A DNA stretch of 63,941 bases, counting the filler, from Reclinomonas americana ATCC 50394 (Eukaryota): NCBI GenBank assembly GCA_048213135.1. It is 15 parts of 15 records of this genome, joined end to end, with 100 filler letters (N's around TTAATTAATTAA, not from the genome) between each part and the next. Parts side by side here need not be neighbours in the genome. Positions count along the whole stretch, not along the records: positions 35,589 to 38,070 come from AFZH01019009.1; positions 38,171 to 40,295 come from AFZH01019010.1; positions 40,396 to 47,566 come from AFZH01019012.1; positions 47,667 to 52,894 come from AFZH01019013.1; 11 more parts are not named here. One strand, 5' to 3'. Position 1 is the stretch's first letter; every line of letters starts with the position of its first letter. A program made the position numbers and the translations under genes. Below the pieces are notes generated by a model. It had not been told where the DNA came from and ran no database searches. It saw only the letters and a list, made by a program, of their open reading frames with translations. Below, one piece after another: positions 37,961 through 50,277 of this stretch.

Positions 37961-38202
37961 AGAGAGAGAGAGAGAGACGAGAGAGAAGAGAGAGAGAGTA
38001 GAGAGGAGAGACGAGAGAGAGAGAGAGAGAGAGAGGTAGAGAGAGGAGAGAGAGAGAGAGAGAGAGAGAGNNNNNNNNNNNNNNNNNNNNNNNNNNNNNN
38101 NNNNNNNNNNNNNNTTAATTAATTAANNNNNNNNNNNNNNNNNNNNNNNNNNNNNNNNNNNNNNNNNNNNAGCGTGGGCGGAGAGAGCCGAGAAGGAGGA
38201 CC

Positions 38203-38248
<46 letters not shown>

Positions 38249-39370
38249 AGAGAGAGGGAGCAAGCACAGTGAAAGGCGATAAGAGAGATATGAGGGTGAG
38301 CACAGGAGAGACAGACAAGGGGCGATGCTGTGAGCGGAAAGGAGTGCAAGAAGAGAGCATATGCAAGGAGAGGAGAAGAGAGAGAAGAGTGAGAACGCGC
38401 AACGTGAAGGCGGGAGGGAGGCAGGGAAGAGAGAGAGTAATGTGCAACGAGAATAGAGGGAGAGAGAAGGGGGATGGAAGCACGAGTGAGAATGCGTAAC
38501 GGCAATGAGAGAGAGAGTGAGAGAGAGGGATGGAAGTAAGGGAAGAGAGGAGCGCAGTCACAGAGAGCGCGCGAGAGAAAGTTAAAAACAGTGAAAGGCA
38601 ACGGGAAGAAGCGGAACGAGAAAAAGCAGGCTCGAACAGACAGGCCTCCCTTTTGTGTTTCACAGAGATACCAACTTGCGCGCCTCACAACAACGAAAGA
38701 GACAGAGAGAACAAGAAAGAATCGCGCCTCTACACAAACACACAAAACAAAACGCAACGTTACGGAAATCATCAAGTCGCACATATCCATGCCGCTTGCC
38801 AATGGCCGACAGCAGCAGCTTATCCTGCGGATCCTGCCCAAACACCATCGACGGAGTGGTGCTCTCGCGGAAATCCACGTCACTGTCGCTGTTGCCGCGC
38901 AGGCGGTACTCTGGCGCCGGGAACTCCACTTGCTCCTCAACCGCCTCGTCTTCCTCCTCTTCCTCCTGCTCATCGTCGTCCATGACATACTCGTCTTGCT
39001 CGCGATCATCATCGAGCACAACATCGCGCTGTGTGTCAACGAAAAAACACATTGAGTCACGCGAGTGTAACGTTCGACTTTTCCTTGCGTGTGTCACACT
39101 GACCATTTGCGCCAACCACAGTGCCTTCTCCTCACGCAGCGGCTCAAAGTCGTACTTGACAGGCGCCAAGTGCGCATGAGTGTGCGCCACACGCGAGAAC
39201 AAACGATGTGTGTGCTCTTCGTGTTGGTGATGACCACCATGACTCTTCTCCTTGCGGCCCATCTCCACAACAATCGATCGGTGTTGCTCGTTCTCCTCTC
39301 CCACTGTTGCTGCGGCAACGACAGCGAGAAGTGTGAGGAGGAGTGTGAGAGTGACGGCCAAGGGCGTCAT
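36637..39370 (-). CDS. Pepsin/cathepsin D-like aspartic protease (A1) with signal peptide and long acidic propeptide; spans a gap
   Basis: YSGEIGVGTPPQKFRVVFDSGS, IKYGSG, DGIVGLAY, AILDTGTS and WIMGDVFLRKFYTVYD. Confidence 0.92.
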
Positions 39371-40587
39371 AGCCCTGGCGCGACACATGTGTGCGTGTGT
39401 TGGAATTGTACCGGTTATCTCGCGCGAGCGGCGATGGGACAGTCTGCTTCGCGCGCGCTCTCTGCTCTCTCTCTTCGCTCCACCGCCCGTTTCCCCACCC
39501 GCCTGCGTCATTGGTGGGGCATGGATGCGCCGAGTCGCCGAGTCACCATTGCGGCAAATGCTCGAATTTCGAGTTCGAAGTCATGCGAGACTCTCTGTTG
39601 CCCACGCGTCGGCTTGATGGCCACCACCTCCGTTGCATCGGTGTGCTTGCGGTCCCAGGCATCGCGCTGCTCCGAGCCCCGTGGCTGGCGGCAATCGGAA
39701 TTTCTTTCGTTGTTCGATCATGACCCACAATCCGCGGGGACACTCGGCGGTCTGCGCACATATGATGGTCCACGCAACCCATGTAAAGTCCAGGAATGCC
39801 GGGGTGGCCGGGCATCTCCAGGGGCCCTACCCGGGTGAGACGCAACTCATCCGGGCGGGCTGCCTGTACGTGTCATGTCATCCCGTTGTTCCTTTTTGCA
39901 TCTTCTTTCTCTTTTTTTGCCAGACCACAAACCACTGCCGGAGAATCCGGAACCGCCGCTCAAGTCACCACCGCAACAAGACTGCTTCCACAGTGGAGAG
40001 GTAGCTGCTTGTCTCTGCCACTTGCACCCTGCAGCGCCGATCCGCCTGCAGCCTCGGCAGGTGGTGGGCTGGCAACTCTTCTCTTTTTTCCTTGCTGGTC
40101 GAAGAAATATCATCATTATACACTTACACAGCTCATAGTAAGGGGCGCGCCAGCTCGCCTGGCCTTCGCTCCAACTCTGGGGGGAACGCAATGTCGATGG
40201 CTGTGCGATTTCGTTGTGCGCGCCCTCTCTCCTCGTCCTCGTCGCTGCTGTCGTCCGAGTTGAGATCGTCGACGAATCGTGGACCGCTGTCGTCCNNNNN
40301 NNNNNNNNNNNNNNNNNNNNNNNNNNNNNNNNNNNNNNNTTAATTAATTAANNNNNNNNNNNNNNNNNNNNNNNNNNNNNNNNNNNNNNNNNNNNTGGAG
40401 GAGGTGGCGGAGGAGGAGGAGGAGGAGGAGGGCGTATAGTGCTCAGCAACGCCACCAGCGCCGATAACCCGCTGGCCACCAACGCGCACATGACGGCGCC
40501 GCACCCGATGCGAGTGGGCCGACGAAGAATGTAGCTCTCAGAGAAGGGTCTCTTCTGTTCGCGATAGGATAACAGCGTGTCAAACGC

Positions 40588-40669
40588 GCGTCGGTGGCCG
40601 AGTGGTCTAAGGCGTCCGACTCAAGTTCGGATCTAGCGATAGGCATGGGTTCGAATCCCATCCGACGCA
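40588..40669 (+). tRNA. tRNA-Leu(CAA), intronless, long variable arm
   Basis: Acceptor stem GCGTCGG/CCGACGC, D arm TGGCCGAGTGGTCTAAGGC, anticodon arm TCCGA-CTCAAGT-TCGGA, T arm ATGGG-TTCGAAT-CCCAT. A T6 run follows at 40674 (Pol III terminator). Confidence 0.95.
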
Positions 40670-40812
40670 ATCATTTTTTGCTTTTTTCTCTCTTTTTGCA
40701 TGTGCGTGTGCGACAGTCCCGATGCCACGGACTGGATTCGCACTGTCTTTGGGCAGTGTGTGTTGCGTGCAACGCCTTGCCATGATGCGAGGGGAAAGAG
40801 AGTCCCTCATCA

Positions 40813-42502
40813 ATGACTGCGCAGCAACACTCCTTTGCAAATGTTTGCTTTCTGGCTCGGCCTGAGGTCTGCCACTGCGTGTGTTGCATGTGCTGTTGCC
40901 TTTTGCACTCACACACATGCACTCGCCGTGTGCACAGCTCAATCGCAGTTGCGTTCTGTTCCACGAAGATGCGTGTGTGCTCGAAACCCTCATGCGTGTG
41001 TGATCGCCGTGCAGATCTGGCTTGTCGCCACGTTGCCGTTGCGTGTACTGCGCATCGATGCCTTCTCTCCACACACACATGCCCTCAATCCACACGTACA
41101 CACAGTCAGTTCATCAGCAACTATCGGCTGGGACGAGCCGAGCACTTGCATTGGCTGTTTCTTCTGCAGTGGTTGATGGGCGACACGGCGAATTTTGTTG
41201 GAGCCCTGATCACACTGCAGCTGGGCACGCAGGTACACACACACACACACACACACACATTGCGCTGTGTGAGTCTGGCTGTTGCTGACTTCGTTGATGA
41301 TAAGATCGCCACCGGTGCCTCGTTTGTGGCCACCGACTGCCTACTCATGACGCAGTTCCTGTATGTTGCGTGAGCTCGCCATGGTGCGTGACCTCGTGCG
41401 CGCGCTTATCCACTCGCAACGCAGTACCACTTCCGCGACAAGAGACGTCGGCGGCGCGAGGGCGAGTTGCTGCCGCTTCTGCATGGTCCTAGGTCTGCTC
41501 CGGTCGGCGCTTGTTGCACTCTGCTTGCTTTCACACTGACCCTGTCGCTGTTAGTCCGAGTGAGACCGTCTCTGTGGAGCCGTCGGCGGTGGTGAATTCG
41601 ATTCTGTTGCCACTGGTGCTCACCACCGGCGTGCTGTTCTCGGTGTTTCACGTGTTCCACGGCGCCGCGGAACTGCCGGTCAGCGACGCGACTGGTGTCG
41701 GTCGGCGGCAGTTGCTCACACTGGGCGATATGCCCAACAAGGCACGTGCATGACCACGAGAGATCACTCGGTGCATGCCTGCACTCATTCTGTGCTTCAT
41801 AGTGCGGTGACATTCCGGCTGGCGAGGAGTGGCGACGCATTCCGGGACTGGTGAGACTACGAGAGGAGTGAGAGAGCACACATTGTTCGCCGACGTGCCA
41901 TCCTCCGTCTCTGCAGATCATTGGCTGGTTCGCCGCCACATGCTCCATGCTCTCTCGCATTCCGCAGCTGGTCAAGAACGTTTCGTGTGTGCGCGTGTCG
42001 GTGTTGCTTGTCTCGCCGCAACGCTGCGTTGAAGGCACATCGCATTCAATCGTAGGTGCGGCGCAAGTCGACCGAAGGCCTCGCACCAATGCTCTTTGTG
42101 TTTGCCGTGTGCGGCAATGCGTTGCGTTTTGTCGCCCCAACTCACCGCCTCCGCGCGCAAGCAACCTCTCATCTTTCACGTCGTGCAGCACATACGCCGC
42201 CTCGGTGTTCATCAATGGCTCAATTCTGAATTCGCTGCCGTGGCTGGCCGGCAGGTGTGCATGTGTGTTTTTTTTTTGCGATCGGCACACCTCTGCAGTG
42301 ACTGATCATGAGTTGTCGTGTGTGTGGCACGCGCAGTTGCATCCCCATGATGCTCGACTGTGTCATACTGACACAGATCTGGTACTACACACGCCGGAAC
42401 AAGCCGCCAAAGGTGCCGGATGTGGACGAGAGTATGCAGAGCATGGCGTCGTTCCAGCCGCAGTCGTTGGCCGACGACGATACCGACACGAAGCGGGATT
42501 GA
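40813..42502 (+). CDS. PQ-loop lysosomal amino-acid transporter (PQLC2/SLC66A1-like); start uncertain
   Basis: IWLVATLP|QFISNY...FLLQWLMGDTANFVGA, second loop SRIPQLVKN..KSTEGL, LPWLAG and LDCVILTQ. Confidence 0.85.
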
Positions 42503-43114
42503 CACATAGTAGCTGCCGATGCCATTAACAATTAATAATCGAACCTTGTAGTTGTACATCTACCGGGCATGTGCCCCACCAAGTGCAGGAGTGGTGACCC
42601 GGCGATGCCATGTCCAGCGGGAGTCTCCGGTCGACCGCACTGCACCGGTCACTGTCTACGGTGGCGCGTTCATCGCTCTTTCGTGGTACCTGGCTTGTTC
42701 TCGTGAGTGCCCACCATCCTGCGGCCGTATTCATCGTTTTGGAGATCGAGAGTTTCCAATCTCGCAAGCAATGTGATATTCGAACTTCGCTACTCTGTGT
42801 CGTTGTCTTCGTCGTCCGACAACTCTCTCCCTCCTCTCCACCGCCATCTACCACGCTTCTCTGCAACCGCAGGCGGTGAAACGCGCCAACTCGACCGAGA
42901 CTTCGCGCGCAGGACAACCCCGTTCCCGCCAATTTTGTGATTGTCATTCACACGCGGAGACAGGGTCGGTGGTGTGCACGTGGAGTTGCCAGTCCGCACC
43001 CTTCCCCTCGAGGAGCAGCACGTCTGGTTGTGTGCGCGCGTGTGTGCGTGTGTGTGTGTTGTGTGTGTGGTCGGTTTCCCCCACGCACACACACTCCACT
43101 TGCAACTGCACACA

Positions 43115-46100
43115 ATGAGTGAGCAAGAGAGCGTGCCGCCGCCGGAAGACGCCAGCTCACCACAGTCATCGTCACCGCCACTGTCCTCGGTGGCAGTGCC
43201 CGCCGCCGCCGGAGAGGCGATTGTTCGCGTCAACAGCAACAGCAGCAGCAGCAGTGGCAGCGATGAAGACGATGACGATGAGGAAGAGATGGTGGCGATG
43301 ACCGCCTCGCTCTCGCCCACCATGGTCAACGGAGCAGCTGCCGCCGCCGCAGCTGCCGCCGCCGCCGCCGCTCTGTCGGGGTCGACTGGCGACGATTCAT
43401 CATCGACTCCATCCACGGCGACAACGACCTCCTCGGCGTCGTCGACTGCGGAGAGCTTCACGGGGTTCCGGCGGGTGAAGCTGTACCAGTTGGATGAGGA
43501 CGGGCAGGTGTGTGCGCGTGGTGGGGCTTGTGCATGTCAATGGCCATGTGCTCTCGGGACTCCTCACACACACGCACACACACACACACGCGCGCGCGTT
43601 TTCTCTCTCTCGATCATGTGCGACATTTCGCTCTTGTCTCTGCGCTTTGTGTTTGTGCGCTGGTGGTCGGGTGTGTGTGTGGGGAGGTGCTGTTGGGAGA
43701 GCGCGTGTGTGTCCGCGCCACTGCTGCGTCCCTCCAATCAACCCGTATCCGTCTTGTTCGATGTTGCCACACTCACACGCTCGCATCTGCGCTGTCTCGA
43801 CTGCTGCACGCTGTTCTCTGTCTTGTCGGGCGTGCAATCTGACGACTGCGCGCGTGTCTGTGTTCGCAGTGGGATGACAAGGGAACTGGCCACGTGACGA
43901 TCCGCGTGGGCGAGGTGAGTGCGGGGTGGGAAGCAGCAGGCGCAGAGACGCGGGAGGGCGTGGCACCACTGGCGACACAGATGCACAGTGTCTATTCGCA
44001 GAGCGCAGGGGGGAGAGGGGGAAGAGGGAGAGATAAGCATTCCACTTCCGCGTTCTCCGTCACATTGCATCGAGAAGGCGAGAAGTGAGGGAAAGCAACG
44101 AGCATCCCGCACCTTGGAGAATCTGTGTACGCTCTGTATGTAATCCTTCTCGTCACTGTGCAAGCACACGGTGTATATGTGTGTGTTTGTGCACCTATCG
44201 CTGCAATGGTTTTGCATCGCACGTCTATCCTTGCTGGCTTTTGCCGTCGCCGCTGCGCCTGTGCATGCTGTTGGCAGTGTCCATGCTGTCGGGAGTCCTT
44301 GATTCTCTTTATTTCTTCTCGTTCATCTTCACTGCGTCGCATGTCTTTGTTCGAAACTGACCCATGTGGACACACCAGACTCCTCGTGATGCCACGGTGG
44401 TCATGTCGCTGGAGACGACGGGAGAGTCGTTGTTCGAGGGCAAGGTGTCAGAGGAGGACATTTACCAGCGACAAGGAGGTGGGTTGTGCTCTCTGCCCGA
44501 CAGCTGAGTGAGGGCGTTGCTGACGGAAACACGCAGAAACTCTCATTCTGTGGACGGATGCGGAATCGGGGATTGACCTGGCACTCAGTTTCCAGGAGGC
44601 GGAAGGCGCGCAAGAGATATGGCGTCAAATCAGGCAGATCCAGGGGCGACCCGATCTACGTTGCGCTTCTCATTGTTGTCGCTCGCTGCATGCTCTTGCA
44701 CAGTCGCTGAAACCTGTCGTGATTAGCAGCGGAGAGCACCGTCGAGGAGGTTTCCGAGTCCATCCTCCCAAAACCTGAAGTTGGCAACCTGGCCGAATTG
44801 GCGGAGACGCTGGCCTCGTTGCCCCCTTACCAAAAGGACGACGTGGCACAGCAGTTGCTCAATGAGGTGCGAGAGAGAGAGAGAGAGAACATCATGGCGC
44901 CGCGTTCGTGCCGCTGTGTACTCATTCCATTTGCTCTCGCTACTCTTGCATTCCATCCACAGCAAGGGTACATGGCCAAGTTGATGGAGGTGTTCCACAC
45001 GTGCGAGGACCTGGAGGATACCGCCGGTCTGATCCACCTGTACCAGGTGGCCAAGTCAATGGGTGCGCGCGTCCGTATATCTCGAGGCATGCCGTCGCTC
45101 GCTGGACTGACTTCTTATGTGCACAGTGATGCTGAACAATGCGCTTCTGGTGGAGATGTTGTTGGGCGAAGAGTTCGTGCTGGATGTGATGGGAATTCTC
45201 GAATGTGAGTCTGTTTTCCGTCCTTCCCTGTTGCACTGCATGGTGATTGACGCCACCGCAGATGATCCCGAGAGACCGGGCGGTCGCAAGGCGTCGTACA
45301 GGGAGTTTCTGACGCAGCAAGCAGCATTCAAAGAGGTTGGACAGAGTGGTGTTGGCTCACGCGAAATCACTGCGAAGTACTCACTCGCCCACGCAGGTCA
45401 TCCCCTTCAAGGACCCAGAAGTAATCACCAAGATCCACATGAATTTTCGTATCAACTACCTCAAGGATGTGGTGTTGGCACGTGTGCTGGACGACACCAC
45501 CTTCAACCTGCTGGGCAGCATTGTGTTTTACAACAACCGCGACATTCTGGTGCACATTCACGAGGACACGCAGTGGCTGAACGAAGTGTGAGTAATGCCC
45601 GCTCATGCCCGTCGTTGCTCGGATGCTGATTGCAATCGCTGCCAGGTTCAACGCTCTGCGATCACCTTCGACTGGACGCCAAGAATACGTGGATCTGATC
45701 ATGCTGCTGCAAGAGCTGGTGAATCTGACCAAGACAGTGCAAGTGGCGCGCAGCGACTTGCTGAAGGCACTGTCAGAGCGCGGCCTCTTTGAGGTGCTCA
45801 GTACATCGCTCTCCGACGCCGCCGACGATGTGAGGCAAAGCACGTTGCGTTTCATCTCCTCCTGTTCTCGCTCTCCCTCTCTCTCTGTGTGCGATGAGAG
45901 AGTCTGACCCCGCGCTGTTGATGGACACTGCAGTGCCGACATTCTCCTAATCTGTGCAAATAATGAGGCGTCGATCCTGCGCTCGTTCGTGCTGCGGGAG
46001 CGGCCCGTCTATAATTTCTTCTCCTGCCTCGTGAGTCGACTATCTCTGGAACGCGACGTGGGGCTAATCTCGCAATACGTTGACATTATCCGCATGCTGC

Positions 46101-47566
46101 TGGACGCCGACTCCATGGCCATGGTGAGTGCATGTTCTGCGTAATCCCACGAAGATCATCGTTCACTCATTCACTCGCTGCGTGGTCTGCAGACGGAGCG
46201 TGACGACTTCTTGAACATGTTCTACGAACGGTTCGCCGCCAAGCTGCTCGACTGCTTCAGGAAGAGCACGGCGGAAGACGAAGGTGCGCGCGTGTTGGTT
46301 GATGCATTTCTTGTGGTGGCGAGAGTGCTGATTTCAACGGTGTGCTGAGCAGCGACTCGTGAGTCTCGTGAGAGGCTGAGCACGCTGCGCATCCACCTGT
46401 GCGACCTGCTGGCGTACTGCATCCAGGCGCACTCGTTCCGCAGTCGGAATTTTGTCATCAAGCACAATGTGCTGTCTCTGGTCCTGTCGCAAATCTCACT
46501 GCGAGACAAGCCTTTTGCCCTTGGTGCGTGCATGCATGTATGCATTGCGCGTGTGTGAGAGATTCCACTGGTGTCGCTCACTCTTGCTCCACACAGCGGG
46601 CATTCGGCTGTTCCGTTCATGGATTGGACTGAAGGATCCGACGTGTGCGCGGCACGTGTTCCGCAACGACCTCTTCGACCCGATTGTGGCGGTGTTTGTG
46701 GCCAATGGTCCCAAGTACAATCTCCTCAACTCGGCAATCATCGAGCTGTTTGAGTTTGTGCGAAAGGTGATTGCCCTTTAGTCTCACCGCGACCCTGGCT
46801 GCCGCGAGTTGTTTGACTAAAGTTGTGGTGGTGGTGGTGGTGGTGGTGGCGCTGCAGGAGAATGCGAGGACGGTGGTGGAGTATGTGGTGGAGAAGCACA
46901 GAGCAGCATTCGAGGGCATCAAGTACGTCTCCACGTTCACGGATCTCATCCAAAAGTACGAGCAGACGCATGAGCACGCGACCGCTTCGGGGACCACGGT
47001 GCGTGAGAATCGCGCGCGACAATGTGAATCATCATCAGTCACTCACGGTTTTGCGTGCAGTTGTCGTCGCCCGTCAGTCCCTCCATGTCCGTCACGGCGC
47101 CGTCACTGTTGCGTCTGGCGAGAACACGCTACGACTTGAAGAGACTTCCCGACGACGATGAGGACGAGGCGTACCTGAACGACGAGGATGCGCCGGCGGC
47201 CGCAGCTGCCGACGAGACCTTGAGCCGGTTGAGCCAGTACAGTGGCGACGAGGATGCCGAGGGTGGCGGTGCTGGCAGCGGCGCAGCAGCAGCAGCGGCG
47301 GCGGCGGCGGCTGCGGCTTCAGGAGAAACTTCCGAAAAGGGTCGTCGTGACGCTGATGGTGGAAAGGAGAATGTGCCAGTGTCGAGCGATGATGGTGCGT
47401 GACTCGTGCGTGTGCTTGCACATCGCTTGCGTACTCATCGACCCGTGTGTGTCATGCAGTGTCGTCACGTGTGCTGGGCAAGCGAGCACGGCACGCCGAC
47501 TCGGACGATCTTGGCGACTCACTGTTGGCACTTGCTTCATCCTCGTCGGCCTCCTCCTCCACCACA
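43115..47566 (+). CDS. PPP4R3: Protein phosphatase 4 regulatory subunit 3 (SMEK/Psy2); 3' end at gap
   Basis: RRVKLYQL..WDDKGTGHV, YQRQ.ETLILW, DLALSFQE, KIHMNFRINYLKDVVLARVLDD and NGPKYNLLNSAIIELFEFVRK. Confidence 0.93.
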
Positions 47567-47666
47567 NNNNNNNNNNNNNNNNNNNNNNNNNNNNNNNNNN
47601 NNNNNNNNNNTTAATTAATTAANNNNNNNNNNNNNNNNNNNNNNNNNNNNNNNNNNNNNNNNNNNN

Positions 47667-48283
47667 ATCCTCCTTCTCCTCCTTCAGCTGTCAAACCGTC
47701 TGTGTGCCACTGGTGAGACTGATCTCTCGATGCAGGAGTACCCACCGGGTGCCGAGGTGCTGCCACTGATTTACTTGTTCACCGAGTTGTCGACTCCGTT
47801 CGTCAACTTCCGCTACTGGTTGCTGGAGACAGACATGAAGGAGTCGATGCTCTACATTGTCAATGTTGCGTCTGTGTCCGTCGTGTATCTCCCTTTGTGT
47901 GGGGAGAGACTGACAGCGGCACGGGGAGCAGGGCATTGCCATGGCGATTGCATTCTTTGTGTTCCGCATTCTCGTCATTCCCAAGCAGCTGGAGTTCTCC
48001 TGGTGGATCGCCGATCGTATTGCAAACGAGATTGGCTTGTGGCCTGGTGCGGGAACAACGGCACCCTCTGCTTTCTTGTCGTTCGCTCGTCCTCACTGTG
48101 CGTTTTTTTCGCTGCGCAGCGTTTTGTATGAGTTTTGGCATGCTGGCCGGCGGCTGTCTGAACATCTTCTGGATGGCACTCATCGTCAAGGGCTTTGTGG
48201 AGCGCTTTGTCACCAAGGGCGAGGAGACCACCGAGTTTGAGAAGCTGAAGGACAGGAATGCCGCCAAGCTGCGCACCGAGTAA
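47667..48283 (+). CDS. TLC-domain membrane protein (TMEM56/TLCD-like), 3' part
   Basis: LFTELSTPFVNFRY, LYIVNG..MAIAFFVFRI and LNIFW. Confidence 0.8.
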
Positions 48284-48312
48284 CTACGTAACACCCCTAT
48301 TGTATTTTTCAG

Positions 48313-50218
48313 TCATGTTTTACGATTATGCATCACCGCCACCTCCGCCATCCTCCTGCTCTCCTCCGTTTTCCTCGCCACTTTCGTCGCCGTCTTCACT
48401 GCCGTCGCCGTGAGTGGACACGGACGATGACGACGACGATGATGACGGCGATGGTGGTTGATCGTCGTCGTCATCGGCACTCTGCCTGCATTGCAATCGA
48501 TGCCGTTGCAGCACACTCGTGTCAGCAGGCATGGATGGTACGCGGGGCAGCAGTTCTCGGCGGCACGCTCACGCAACACTTGCTGCACCGTCACATTGAG
48601 GAGGTACTCGGAGAGCTGTCGTCGCTTCTCCAGCACCTCGTCAATGCTGCGACTTGCGAATACACCTAGCGGACCACGTGCCAGGAATGCAGGTGGCAGG
48701 AGTGCTAGTTGTGGTTCATCCAACACCTCTGCCAACTTGCGCAACACCTGTGCGGTGCGAGTGGGCACATGCATGATTTGATATAAGGCCACCTCCTCGT
48801 GACGCAACGGCAGCTCCATTCGGCAGCGACCCGTTCCCTGGATGCAACGTGAGCACATAGCCGGCGAGTTCGCGTCGCCGAGCCTCGCTCTCATCGACCG
48901 GTGGCGGCAACGCCTCGGCAATATCCGCTGCGCCAACCACAAAATCAGATCTCCACATTCCTCTCCAGCCACATCGCGGTCAGCACGCACCCTCATATCC
49001 CATCTGCTTGGCCACGGTGGCCACCACATCAAACGTCATCCGATGCGTCTTGCTCCACATCGACTGCAGCCATTCAAACTCGGTAATGGTGGCATCCGAT
49101 ATGGTTACCGGAAGGCCGGCGGCCTCCAACCGCTGCTTCATGGCTTCGCACTGCTCCGCCGGCCCCACATGCAAACGCACCCGACCGGTTCCGCGCGCGT
49201 ACCAGAACAGCTGTTCGTGACGAGTGAGAGGAAGAACAACAAGTTGGCGGTCTCGCCTCCTCCCCACTTCACGAACCACATCGGCCTGGGCAAACGACGG
49301 CCATCGCAGCACCGCCCGCAACGCCGTCACCGTCTCCCGATTCAGTTCTCGCAGTGTATCAGCGTCGTCCACATTGGAGCGCCCATCCATCCACACGCAC
49401 TTGTACTCGGCCGGATACAACGGCACATCCTCGCAGGGCACGTCTGCGATTCCCGTGATGAGGATGGGAAGGGGGAGCAGGAAACCCCCAAAAACGCTCA
49501 CCAAGCTCCGCGCAGTGCGCGATCGCAGGCACGCCATATTGCCGCACAATGGCTGCTACGCGGAAGCATCCGAGCACCGACATGCTGACAACGCAGTCAG
49601 CACTCGCACAAACAGACACAACCAACACGTGAGCGATCCGCGCAACGTTGTCACACGGCAACACCCCAGCGCCTCTGCTCGACGAGCGTAGAAGATGGTG
49701 TGCTCGTCAGGAATGTGGCACTCGACACGCAGCGCCTCCTGGACTGCGCGATTCTCAGCACGAGAGAGACCGAGAGTGGAGAGCCCCGATCAGACAACAC
49801 ACACACACACCATCACCAATGTTGACGGCCTCACAGTTCACCAACAGCACGTGACAAGTGAGTCCTAACCAGCGTACACACCGTCAGTGAAAGAGAGAGA
49901 GAGAGGAAGAAGAGCGCACGCAACTCAATGCTCGTGCAACGCTCTTCGGATGCACTCTTCGACCCGTGCCGAGCACACCAAACCCAAAGTGCGAGCGACA
50001 TAAGTGCTCCCAGCACACTGGCAACTACTCGCACGCGCACGCACACACAAGGGAGCCTCAGCAAGAGTCACAAGCGCGTCACTGCAGACATCAATCACCT
50101 CTGCAGCCTCATGCCACTGCCGACACGTGCACAGCACAGACGAGTACAGGTCGCGAATGGATAGCCATGAGAAGCACTCGGCCCAGAGCTCAGCAGGCAG
50201 CCGCACCTCACTGCTCAT
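48313..50218 (-). CDS. F-box protein with two putative ClpS-like domains, multi-exon
   Basis: MSSEVRLPAELWAECFSWLSIRDL..VLCTCRQW and WEHLCRSHFG; downstream exons as described in the findings. Linkage of all exons into one gene is inferred. Confidence 0.55.
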
Positions 50219-50277
50219 CACTCACTCACTCACTTATGTGACGAACCGATGAAAAGCCTCACACCTCATTTTCGTTC

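Noticed and set aside
37862..38250. RE/ER-repeat ORFs and (GA)n tracts
   Set aside because: Intronic microsatellite at an assembly gap.
40133..40492. Small minus-strand gene spanning the gap next to the tRNA (MCALVASG...PPPP / ...ELARPLL)
   Set aside because: Coding-like but fragmentary, with no recognisable domain; too weak to call.
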